Of a DNA stretch of 64,000 nucleotides, positions 10,162 to 19,109 are shown one piece after another. Source of the DNA: Ostreococcus lucimarinus (taxonomy: Eukaryota); NCBI GenBank assembly GCA_000092065.1, contig CP000590.1; one strand, 5' to 3'. The position numbers and the translations under genes are program-made. The notes below the pieces were generated by a model, which was not told the DNA's origin, ran no database searches, and worked only from the letters and a program-made list of their open reading frames with translations. Each line of letters opens with the position of its first letter. Within the stretch, counting starts at the first letter, position 1.

Positions 10162-12606
10162 ATGGAGCGCGCGGTTCGCGAAGCGCACAGACGCGGGGGC
10201 GTAGAGCGCGCGACGTCGTCCGACCGCGGTGCCTCGCCGAGCGCCGCGCGCGCGGTGACGCCGGCGACGTTCTTCGCCCCGCTCATCGCGCGCGGCGGAT
10301 GGCGCTTCGTCGGACACGGTGCGCGAGCGCAGACGTACGGCGCGATGACGCTGGTGCCGCCGGGACACGAGAAACGGTTGAGAGGGAGTAATGCGCCGTG
10401 CATGACGCCGGGAGAGGAGTGGGAGGACGCGGACGACGAGGAGACGAGACGCGCGCTCAAGGCGTGCGGACTGCTCGTGGCGAAGAACGCCGCGCTGATG
10501 GATAAACCGAAAGCCGGACGGTCGAAACCTGCGCGCGTTGGGTTGCGAGACTACATCGCGCAAAATTTGAAGTGCATGATAAGCGCGATGGTGGCGATGC
10601 GGGTGAGCGCGACGGTGTATAGACATAAACGTTGGACGTTTGAGTGCTTCCGAGAGGTGTACCGAAAGCGCATGGAGTTGCGCAGGCGTCTCGAAAACTC
10701 ACGGGTCAGTGCGCTGGGGAAGGAGTCTCAGCGTTCGCTGACCACGCTTTTGCGTGCTTTCGACACGATGATGGAGCAAATGTGTGATCCTCGCGGGAAC
10801 ATTCGCGCGGCGTTTTACGACGGGATGGTGGCGTGTCCGTGGGACGTCGACTACGAATGGCAACAGAATGCAGCATTTCACGAAGACTTGTACAGCGTGC
10901 CGTACGCGACGAATGACGACCGCGATATGACACACTCATACGAAGTGCCAGATTTACCGGAGGCCTCACATAAGCGCGTGTTCGAAGGACAAGATTCGAT
11001 GTCGCAAGATTCGCGCGCGTCCACGGGCACGGACGACGCCGGGGTGATTGGCGGCAAGCGCAAGCAAGCCGATTATGCCGACGGTGTCACGGTGCGTCGG
11101 TGCCGAATCAAGCCTAGCATGGATGAGATTCCATCCATCGTGGCGTTAGAAATGGCCGCGGAGATTGACGTCGTTGCCGCCGCGACGGCACACTTCTTCG
11201 CCACGTGCGACTTATGCACCGATGGGCCAACCTTCCATGAGTATTTGACGCTGGTGACGTCAGCGTACGATTTTGCGTTCGCGACGGAAATGCAACTGTC
11301 ATTAGAGAACACGGTGATTCCTCAGATGCGCGAGAAGCAGTTTCCAGATGACGCCACTTTCCACTACACGCTTCTCGCGCAGTGCTACTCCTCGTCTTCT
11401 CAAGCGACGCAGTTACTCAAGCTACTCAGCAGCGATCCGAATCCGTTATTACACATCTCGTTGATGCAACGAATTGAAGGCGTATTCATCACGTCCAGAG
11501 ATGGACCCGACGATAAAGCAGACGCGAGGTTTGATCGTCTGATGCGGGACTACGCTGAAAGAGTGGCGTCGGCTCATCACAAACGACCGTGCTCCGTCAA
11601 TGGCTCGCATATGCAGTTGCACTATCCTCCGCCGATTCGCACGTGGATCGAAACGTGCAAATTATCGAATAGCCAACTTTACTCGCCCGCTGTGCCGAGT
11701 TTCGAGGCGCTAATCGAACTGCGTAGCTCATCGCCAAATGGTTGGGTGGAAATCTCGCGCGAAGGCACGGGCTATTGGACGGCCGTGATGACGAAGTGTG
11801 GCATACCCGCGCAGGCGGTGAACGTGCGCCTGGATATCAAGCGATACGGCCCAGAGGACGCGCGCGAACCTCCTCCTCCTCTTCCGCCGAGCTCAAGGCC
11901 GTTCGTGGGCATTCATTATGACTTACCTGACGTGTGCTCGGAATTTGGCAACTTTGGCTTGCTCCTCAACTGCATGCCTCGAGACGAAGATTTAGCAATT
12001 GAGTGTCTGAGAAATTACACTGGAAGCACAATCGCGTTAGTGGGCGAGTGGGTCGGCTCGACCGCTGGTTCGCGCTTCGTGCGTCGACTCGCAAAAAGGT
12101 TTGAGTTCGCGACCACCACAGTCTTGCCATGGATCGGCGATTCCGCGCACGAGCTCAGTATTTGGAAACGCCGAGCGGAAAAGTTGACGAAGCAGAAGCG
12201 TCGCGACGACGCGCTTTCTCGACGCGACGTGTTCCCCGCGGTGAAGAAATGCCAAGTCGCCGGCTGTCAATCGAAGTCGCGCACTATGTTCTGCTGTCGT
12301 CTCTGTCGCAGCGCCTTCGTGTGCTCCGAGCATCTGCACGCCTTGCATGATGAGTACGATCTCGCGCACGCCACCGAGCACTGCGTACGGCTCCTGCCGA
12401 CGCTCGATAGATTGCGAGGATACGAAGTCGAACTGGCGCACGGTGAAGGCAAGAAGCAAATGCGAAGCGAAACCATCATGGCGTTTAATCCATTCATCGC
12501 GGGTGTCGACTGCTGGATGGTGGACTATCGCAAAAGTTCAAATGACGTGTACGAAGACGTGCAAATAAGCGTGCCCCGAATCGAACGCGTGGAAAACTGG
12601 GAATGA
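10162..12606 (+). CDS. Hypothetical 814-aa protein with a C-terminal Cys/His-rich cluster (zinc-finger-like); low-GC gene
   Basis: A long single ORF starting at an ATG. The C-terminus reads KKCQVAGCQSKSRTMFCCRLCRSAFVCSEHLHALHDEYDLAHATEHC. No family is recognisable for the rest. The gene is about 52-55 % GC against about 70 % for its neighbours. Confidence 0.45.
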   Translation: MERAVREAHRRGGVERATSSDRGASPSAARAVTPATFFAPLIARGGWRFVGHGARAQTYGAMTLVPPGHEKRLRGSNAPCMTPGEEWEDADDEETRRALKACGLLVAKNAALMDKPKAGRSKPARVGLRDYIAQNLKCMISAMVAMRVSATVYRHKRWTFECFREVYRKRMELRRRLENSRVSALGKESQRSLTTLLRAFDTMMEQMCDPRGNIRAAFYDGMVACPWDVDYEWQQNAAFHEDLYSVPYATNDDRDMTHSYEVPDLPEASHKRVFEGQDSMSQDSRASTGTDDAGVIGGKRKQADYADGVTVRRCRIKPSMDEIPSIVALEMAAEIDVVAAATAHFFATCDLCTDGPTFHEYLTLVTSAYDFAFATEMQLSLENTVIPQMREKQFPDDATFHYTLLAQCYSSSSQATQLLKLLSSDPNPLLHISLMQRIEGVFITSRDGPDDKADARFDRLMRDYAERVASAHHKRPCSVNGSHMQLHYPPPIRTWIETCKLSNSQLYSPAVPSFEALIELRSSSPNGWVEISREGTGYWTAVMTKCGIPAQAVNVRLDIKRYGPEDAREPPPPLPPSSRPFVGIHYDLPDVCSEFGNFGLLLNCMPRDEDLAIECLRNYTGSTIALVGEWVGSTAGSRFVRRLAKRFEFATTTVLPWIGDSAHELSIWKRRAEKLTKQKRRDDALSRRDVFPAVKKCQVAGCQSKSRTMFCCRLCRSAFVCSEHLHALHDEYDLAHATEHCVRLLPTLDRLRGYEVELAHGEGKKQMRSETIMAFNPFIAGVDCWMVDYRKSSNDVYEDVQISVPRIERVENWE

Positions 12607-12675
12607 ATTATGCGTGGAATGACACTTAGAATTCTAGAAGCCTATCGATATCGTCTAATACGAAGGAATAATCGA

Positions 12676-13683
12676 TCAACGTTTCGCCGCCGGAGCGCCG
12701 AAAAGGTCTTTTAAAATCTCAAAAGACACAAAACGGATAGAATTTTGCGGCACAACCTTGAGTGTATTCGCCGCCCATCCGCGGAAGAAACCTTTCACGC
12801 CCTCAGTCCGCGCTATTGTCGTGATGGCGTCGTACATCCCGTTGTAAGTTTTGCCCTTCATTTGCATGCGTCGCCGAATGGTGTCGAGCGGGTAGCACAC
12901 GGTGGCGCTAAACGTGCCCGAAGCCCCACCGACGACCAAGTTAGACACCCTATCTTCCTTACCGTTTTCGCCATAGTACATCTTCTTTGCCATGTCGTAC
13001 GACGCAAAGTTAATCGCCGCGTAAGGGGCTATGCCAGCCAACGTCGGCCCGAGACCTTTGTAGAGCGCGCCGACGCCCTCGGTGCGGTACACCGTTCCAA
13101 AGCAGTGCATCATCCCGTTATACCCATGATTCGGTAGCGCCAAGCGTAACCTCACGGTGTCTAACGGGTGCGTGATGGCTGTTCCCGTCATACCCGCCAA
13201 AGCGCCCGCCAAAAGGCGCTGCGGTACCCCAAGCTTGCCTTGTTCGTCCGCCAACAGCGACTTGTAGTAATCGTTAGACGCCAACTGCGCCGCCGCGTAC
13301 GGCGCCACGCGAATGACGTTCACCCCGTTCCCTTTCCAGAAACTCAATATCCCCTCCTCGGCGTAAATCTTTCGAAACGCCTGCCCGACGCTCGTGTACG
13401 CCGTCGCCGACGTCCCGCTCGACGCCATCGCCTGGACTTGAAACAGCAGCTTGATCCGATCCAACGGCGCGCTCGCCGTCCGCGCGATGATTCCCGCGCC
13501 GCCGCCCGCGGCGACCGACCGGGATCCATCCAGCACCGCTAACGCGCGCTCCGCGATCGCGCTCGCCGCGAACGGCGCCTCTCGCGCCGTCGCGCGTCGC
13601 GCGTCCTCGCGTCGGGTCGCGCCGGTGGCGGCGCTTTTCGTCGCCGCCCATCGGCGCGCACGCGCGGCGGCGTCCCCGTCCAT
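12676..13683 (-). CDS. Mitochondrial carrier family (SLC25) protein, most similar to the CoA/adenine-nucleotide carrier subgroup
   Basis: Three carrier repeats with P-x-D/E-x-x-K/R signatures: ASAPLDRIKLLFQVQ, ITHPLDTVRLRLAL and VCYPLDTIRRRMQM. The first ATG is at 13683; the ORF-track start at 13788 is a TTG. Confidence 0.8.
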   Translation of the reverse strand: MDGDAAARARRWAATKSAATGATRREDARRATAREAPFAASAIAERALAVLDGSRSVAAGGGAGIIARTASAPLDRIKLLFQVQAMASSGTSATAYTSVGQAFRKIYAEEGILSFWKGNGVNVIRVAPYAAAQLASNDYYKSLLADEQGKLGVPQRLLAGALAGMTGTAITHPLDTVRLRLALPNHGYNGMMHCFGTVYRTEGVGALYKGLGPTLAGIAPYAAINFASYDMAKKMYYGENGKEDRVSNLVVGGASGTFSATVCYPLDTIRRRMQMKGKTYNGMYDAITTIARTEGVKGFFRGWAANTLKVVPQNSIRFVSFEILKDLFGAPAAKR

Positions 13684-13832
13684 GGCCGTCGATCGCTCGC
13701 GCCGCGACGTTCGCGCGTCCTCGAGCGCGCGCGCGGTCGAGCGCGCGCCGCGCGTCGTCGTGTGCGCGCGGCGCGATTCTATCCACAACGCGTCGGGACG
13801 AAAAAGCGCACTCCGTCGCGCGCGATCGCGCC

Positions 13833-14297
13833 ATGCACGCCGGCGCGCGCGCGACGTCGTCGTCGACGACGAGCGCGCGGCTCGGATGGCTCGTCGCGCT
13901 CGCGTTGGCGGCGCTGCACCTCGCGCGCGGGGTCCGGACGGTCGGGACGCGGCCGAGGAACGCGGCGGGGGCGTTCGTGCTCCACGTCGAGCTCGAATTC
14001 AAGACGGAGGCGGCGGCGAAAGAGCTGGTGACGGCGTGGGCGCGGTGCGCCGATTGGTGCAGGGCGAACGAGGCGGGACTGATGCACTACGAGATCGCGC
14101 GGAGCCAGACGGATCCGCTCAAGTATGGCATATTCGAACGGTACGCGAGTTTGGACGCGTACGCGTCGACGCACAAGTCGACGGAGGCGTACAGGACGTT
14201 TCGCCCGAAGATGCAGGCGTTGCAAGACAGCGGCGAGCTCGAGGTGAGTGGTTCGTCGTATTTCGAACTCGGCCACGGGTTCGTGTCGGGCTCGTGA
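13833..14297 (+). CDS. ABM-domain (antibiotic biosynthesis monooxygenase / Dabb-like stress-responsive) protein with an N-terminal targeting peptide
   Basis: FVLHVELEFKTEAAAKELVTAWARCADWCRANEAGLMHYEIARSQTDPLKYGIFERYASLDAYASTHKSTEAYRTFRPKM has the ferredoxin-like ABM fold signature. It sits head-to-head with the carrier gene, 150 bp away. Confidence 0.6.
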   Translation: MHAGARATSSSTTSARLGWLVALALAALHLARGVRTVGTRPRNAAGAFVLHVELEFKTEAAAKELVTAWARCADWCRANEAGLMHYEIARSQTDPLKYGIFERYASLDAYASTHKSTEAYRTFRPKMQALQDSGELEVSGSSYFELGHGFVSGS

Positions 14298-14360
14298 CGC
14301 GAATCGTAGCGTGGTCGTGTGTAGAATAGAGTTGAAATAACAGTTGGGCGGAAACGCGCG

Positions 14361-15304
14361 TCAGCAAAATGGTAGACGCGTGTTCGCGGAACGTCGAACT
14401 ATGGCGCTCGACACCGGAAACGCGTCGCACGCGCTACCGGGAGTGTCAAACGAAACCGCGAACACGCTTTGTCGAGGCAAAACCAAGGGCGACTCGGCCC
14501 AAATGTTGTCCCAGTTGAGCGCGGACACGTCCGCGTCGAGCGGCACCGGAACCGCGAACACGCGATGCTGACTATTGATCTCGCGCGCGTGTTCGGCGTT
14601 TTGCGCGCCAATTCTTTCGAAAGTCACGTAATCCCCGGGATAAAACGTGTGCGACGCCTCGACGGTGATGACGGCGTACCTAGCGTGTTCGTTGAAGCAC
14701 TGAATGTTTGTCACGACGTGTCGCTGGTTGCACTCCTTCACTTCTTCCTCAACTTGGCCCTGGCGAAGAGGGAAACCATTCCTAGATTTACTCTTTCGCC
14801 GCTGGCGATTGTTCATGCTCGCCGCTCGCCAGTATCCTCCGACGCGAATGGCGCGAGCGTCGACGGCGTCCGGCGCGGTGGACGCGACGTGCTTTCGCAA
14901 CCTCTCGGGCATGTCGTCCCACGAGAGCCAACGCACGTTATTAGCGTCGATGACGGAAAGTAACGTGCGTCCATCTCGAGACTTCGTCGCGTGTGCTTCG
15001 CGATTCGCGCTCGACGCTACGTTGGGCTGAACCTCGCGCAGCACCGGCTTGGGCGTCGTCGTCGTCTCCGTCGTCGTCTCCGTCGTCGTCTCCGTCACGA
15101 CGTCCTCCGTCGCGTCCTCCACGACCGCCGGCGTCGGTTCAGCATCTATATCTACCCCTAGTCCTAATAATAACTTCTTCCTCTGCTCGATCGCGCGCTC
15201 GTCCTCGCTATCGTCCTCCTCTTCGACGTACTCCACCGCGAGCAGCTCCGCCGACGCCTCGTCATCCATCCCGAGCGCCTGCCCCAAAACGCCCTCGATA
15301 TCGA

Positions 15305-15345
<41 letters not shown>

Positions 15346-15621
15346 TCTAAATCCAACCCAAACTTACTCGCCTCGACGAACAAATCACGCATCAGCGCGC
15401 GCGCCTCGACGCCGCCCAACCGCACCAAGTCGTCCAGCGTCGTCGTCGACGCCCCCTCATCCTCGCCAGACGTTCCCTCGTCCCCCGCTTCCGGCGCGTC
15501 CTCGTGCGCGTCCTCGTCCGCGTCCTCGTCCGCGTCATCGTCGTCGTCGCGTCGCGTCGTCGCCGAACCGTCGTCGTCGTCGCTTTCGACCGTTTCTTCG
15601 ACACCGTCGCCATCTTCTCCC

Positions 15622-15658
<37 letters not shown>

Positions 15659-15734
15659 GCAGGCCATCGAACAGACCGTCGTCGTCGTCGTCGTCCGGTC
15701 GCGCCGCGCGCGCGAGCGCGACCCCGGTCGCGCG

Positions 15735-15788
<54 letters not shown>

Positions 15789-15899
15789 GGTCGCGACGCG
15801 CGCGTCGTCGACGCGCGCGCGCGGCATCAGGCACGCGAGCGCGACGCACGCGAGCGCGACGCGCGTCTTCGCGCGCGCGCGCGCGCGCCGGCGACGCAT
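14361..15899 (-). CDS. Hypothetical acidic protein: signal-peptide-like N-terminus, (Ala-Thr)n and D/E-rich low-complexity runs, and a C-terminal globular region of unknown family
   Basis: From the ATG at 15899 the sequence reads MRRRRARARAKTRVALACVALACLMPRA (signal-like). ATATATATATATATATAT is encoded by a (GCCGTC)n hexanucleotide repeat at 15736-15786. There are D-runs and an EDEDED run (the (GTCCTC)n at 15305-15346). The ORF-track extension to 16571 looks like translated 5' region. Confidence 0.4.
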
Positions 15900-16134
15900 C
15901 GCGGCGCGGTGCGCGGCGCGCGAGGCCGCGGCTCGCCGCGTCGCGGCGTCGTCGCGTGTACCCCTTGACTGTACTGGGTCGTGAATCGATGATGTCCTCG
16001 AGGGGGAGGTACACGCGGTTCGTGACCCGGCGCGACGACGCGTGACGAAATATCTGACGAAATATCTTCGAGCGACGCCGCAGAGCGACGCGCGCGGGCG
16101 ACGGCGACGGCGACGGCGACGCGCGACGCGCGGC

Positions 16135-16169
<35 letters not shown>

Positions 16170-16263
16170 CGCGCGCGCGGGCGCGCGGGCGCGCGCGGAC
16201 GCGCCGACGTCGCGCGCGCGCGACGCGAATCGCGCGACGCCGGGTTCGAATCGGCGCGGCGCG

Positions 16264-17232
16264 ATGGCGCGCGAGGACGCGCGAGGACGCGTGGGCGCGG
16301 CCGCGGCGTCGTCGGGACGCGCGGGAACGAACGCGCGCGACGGCGCGGAGGCGCGCGGGACGGCGACGCTGACGGTGGACGTGGAGACGGCGGAGACGGA
16401 GGCGGAGGCGCGAGAGCGCGTGCGGTTCTTCGAACTCTGCGCGCCGAGCGCGCTCGGGACGTGGACGGACGAGCGGACGTGCGTGGTGGACGTGCGGGGA
16501 GGGATCGCGGCGCTGCAGGGGACGGGCGCGGAGCTGATCGCGTACCTTCGCGATCGGCTCGGGGTGATCATGGAGGTGGACGCCGAGCGGGAGCGCGTGC
16601 TGATTAATCACGAAATTCACAACGTCGTCATCGAGGCTGCGCGGATTTTGCACTTACAGATCGAGCAGGCGAAGATGGTGACGATAGCCCCGACGAATGG
16701 CGACGAGGCGGCGACGCCGACGCCGAAGATGGGGCTCTCGTCCTCCGTCGACGACGACGCGGTGATGCAAGAGGTGCTCGGCGACATCGAACCCGAAGAA
16801 CTCGAAGAGTTGCGTCGACAGCTCGAGAGCAAACGCGCGACGAGACAGCGATTGATCGAGACGCTCGGCGAACCGCGAGTGACGTGTCACTTACAACCCG
16901 TCGAGTTGACGAGCACGCTCGTGCGCGTGCGGTTGCCTCGAACGAGGTCGTTCACGGGCGACGATCCGCTGTACGGTGTAGGCGTCGCGCTTCGCGCGGT
17001 GGCGTCGACGACGCAAGACGGTGAGCCCACGTGGATTTTTCAGTGCGACATGGGCGGGTCCAAACTCCACGAAACTGATATTATGTATATTTCCAACAAC
17101 GCCATCTCGGTTCCCGAAGTTTGCCGACTCGTATCGGGACACAAACGGCGCAGCGTGGACAAACCACGTGACGTGATGGACGAATTTTTGCCGAGTTGTC
17201 GCACTGATGTGACGCAGTCTTCTGCGGCTTGA
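16264..17232 (+). CDS. Hypothetical protein (no recognisable domain)
   Basis: Open frame from the ATG at 16264 (MAREDARGR...). The upstream part of ORF 16042.. is a poly-R/T translation of a (CGA)n repeat. Support comes only from codon-like composition. Confidence 0.35.
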   Translation: MAREDARGRVGAAAASSGRAGTNARDGAEARGTATLTVDVETAETEAEARERVRFFELCAPSALGTWTDERTCVVDVRGGIAALQGTGAELIAYLRDRLGVIMEVDAERERVLINHEIHNVVIEAARILHLQIEQAKMVTIAPTNGDEAATPTPKMGLSSSVDDDAVMQEVLGDIEPEELEELRRQLESKRATRQRLIETLGEPRVTCHLQPVELTSTLVRVRLPRTRSFTGDDPLYGVGVALRAVASTTQDGEPTWIFQCDMGGSKLHETDIMYISNNAISVPEVCRLVSGHKRRSVDKPRDVMDEFLPSCRTDVTQSSAA

Positions 17233-17490
17233 GCGATCGCGCTCGCCGCGGCGTGTACACTTTTTCCTTTGTTAATACCGACGTAATACCACGTGTACGA
17301 ACGACGTAATACCCCGCGCGCGAACGCATCGCAACGAAACTACGCGGCGCGCGCTTTGATTGATTGGCGATTGTGACTAGTATGGCGTAATTACACAGTT
17401 TTCGTACTCTGCGGGTAAATACGGCCGCGACGTCGCGTCGGGCCGAAAGAAGAGAAGTCGTCTCGAGAAGGCGAATTTTTCGTCTCAATT

Positions 17491-18345
17491 CTATTCCGGG
17501 TTGATGACCGCCTTGATCTCGTCGTACATCACGAGCACGAGCGCACCACCGACGCCACGAAGAACGTTGGAGAAGGCACCCTTGAAGAAGGCACCCATAC
17601 CTTCTTGCGCATAAATCTTGACGAAGGCGTCCACGGTGCCGCTGTACAACTTCTTGCCCGCGCCAGAGTTCATCATCAAGCGACGACGAACAGTGTCGAA
17701 GGGGTAGGAGAGAACACCAGCCGCGTTGGTAGCGACTTGGGCCACGATGAACTTGAAGATGAAGGAAGAATCCTTGGTGAGGAGCGCACCCTTACCGGTG
17801 TCGTAGAGACCGAAGTAAGAACCGCGGTACACGATGATACCTTGCACGGAGACGCCGAAGCCTTGGTAGAGCGCCATCGGGCCGGAGCGCCTGGCAATCT
17901 TGGACAAGCAGTCGACCAAACCGGTGAATTCACGGTCGTTAGCCTTGCCGACATCGGCAGCGAGACGCGTACGCGCAAAATCAAGCGGGTAAACAATCAA
18001 CAAAGAACCGGCACCGGCCAAACCGCCCGAAGCCATGTTGACGGCGAAAAACGGCCAAAACGCGTCCTTCGGCGAGTAGCTCGGGAACAAACCCTTGATG
18101 GTATCCTTGAACGCAAAGTTGAACGCTTGCGTCGGGAAGTAACGCACGATGTTCGCGGTGTTACCTCTCCAGAACGAACCGAAACCTTGCTCGGCGCTCA
18201 CGCGCGTGAAGCAGTTGACGATGCCCGTGTATCGCGGCACTTCGCCCGACATGATTCTCGGGTTCGCGTCTTGCGTTTGAATCAAAAGTTTCACGCGTTC
18301 GATCGGCGCCGTGGCCGTCTTCGCGATGGAACCAGACACTCCACC
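17491..18345 (-). CDS. ADP/ATP translocase (mitochondrial adenine nucleotide translocator), exon 2 of 2
   Basis: [25 protein letters not shown]...RRRLMMNSG is the ANT signature (RRRMMM). The ORF-track 'M' at 18339 is a GTG. The frame continues up to an AG acceptor at 18346-18347 (tttgatgcgcgcag|GGTGGAGTG). Confidence 0.85.
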   Translation of the reverse strand, partial: GGVSGSIAKTATAPIERVKLLIQTQDANPRIMSGEVPRYTGIVNCFTRVSAEQGFGSFWRGNTANIVRYFPTQAFNFAFKDTIKGLFPSYSPKDAFWPFFAVNMASGGLAGAGSLLIVYPLDFARTRLAADVGKANDREFTGLVDCLSKIARRSGPMALYQGFGVSVQGIIVYRGSYFGLYDTGKGALLTKDSSFIFKFIVAQVATNAAGVLSYPFDTVRRRLMMNSGAGKKLYSGTVDAFVKIYAQEGMGAFFKGAFSNVLRGVGGALVLVMYDEIKAVINPE

Positions 18346-18684
18346 CTGCGCGCATCAAAACCAGCCAGTTTTCCGTCAGTCTCGAGTCCCTCGCGCGTCG
18401 TCTCGCGCGCCCGCGCGCGCGTCCGGATTGACTTTCCCATCATCCTTCGCATTTCCCATCTCACGGCGCGAATCACCCCCAGACTACGTCGAATCCCCCG
18501 CGCGCGACATTTATCTCGCGCCGCCCGATCGCCGCGATCGCGCCGCGTGCGTCGCCACCATCGCCGTCCTCGACGCGCGCGCGACCTCCCTCGCGCGCCC
18601 ATTCCGCGTCCAACCATCGCGCACGAATCTTCGCGCCCGCGCCGTCGCCCGCGTTTCCGTCGAGATCGCGTCGAGCGCGCGCAC

Positions 18685-18837
18685 CGCGGCGAGATCCTTC
18701 AAAAACGACGTCAAGTCGAACTCCTTCTTCGCCGCCGCCGCGAACGGCTTCGCGGCGACCGGCGCGCGCGCGCGATCGAATCGTCCGACCGCGGATCGCG
18801 CGAAACAATCGGCGTAAAATTCACGGTTGAGGGCCAT
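18685..18837 (-). CDS. ADP/ATP translocase exon 1 (presequence plus the start of helix 1)
   Basis: From the ATG at 18837 the exon reads MALNREFYADCFARSAVGRFDRARAPVAAKPFAAAAKKEFDLTSFLKDLAA, followed by the donor GTGCGC. Splicing to exon 2 gives FLKDLAA|[21 protein letters not shown], which matches the canonical ANT N-terminus ([26 protein letters not shown]). The intron 18346-18684 is 339 nt with a CTGAC branch point 28 nt before the AG. Confidence 0.75.
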
Positions 18838-18920
18838 GACGCGCGGGACGGGAGCGGTGCGTGGAGTGCCGCGCCGGCGCTCGCGCGCGCGATCCATCTT
18901 GCGCGGGGGTGGTGGCGTGT

Positions 18921-19004
18921 GTCCGACCGACCGACCGAGCGCACTGGGCAAACAGTCACGCGCTGGGCAAACAGTCACGCGTCGGTCGGTCGGTCGGTCG
19001 GTCG
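18921..19004. promoter_or_regulatory. Inverted repeat (GTCCGACCGACCGACCGAG / TCGGTCGGTCGGTCGGTCGGTCGC) flanking a 2x 19-bp tandem repeat (CTGGGCAAACAGTCACGCG), in the ANT / acyl-CoA synthetase divergent promoter
   Basis: Read directly from the sequence. The arms are about 20 bp, and the two direct copies are at 18943-18961 and 18962-18980. The element lies between the start codons at 18837 (minus strand) and 19110 (plus strand). Confidence 0.55.
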
Positions 19005-19109
19005 CGACGCCCGCGCGGCGGCAGAGCGCGGCGCGCGCGACGCGCGCGCACGACGCGCGCGGCGACGACGACGACGACGACGACGACCGCCGCGTCGTCC
19101 GCGCGCGCG

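Noticed and set aside
18346-18684. C/D snoRNA inside the ANT intron (GGATGATGG ... CTGAC)
   Set aside because: The C box is imperfect, there is no terminal stem, and the CTGA is better explained as the intron branch point.
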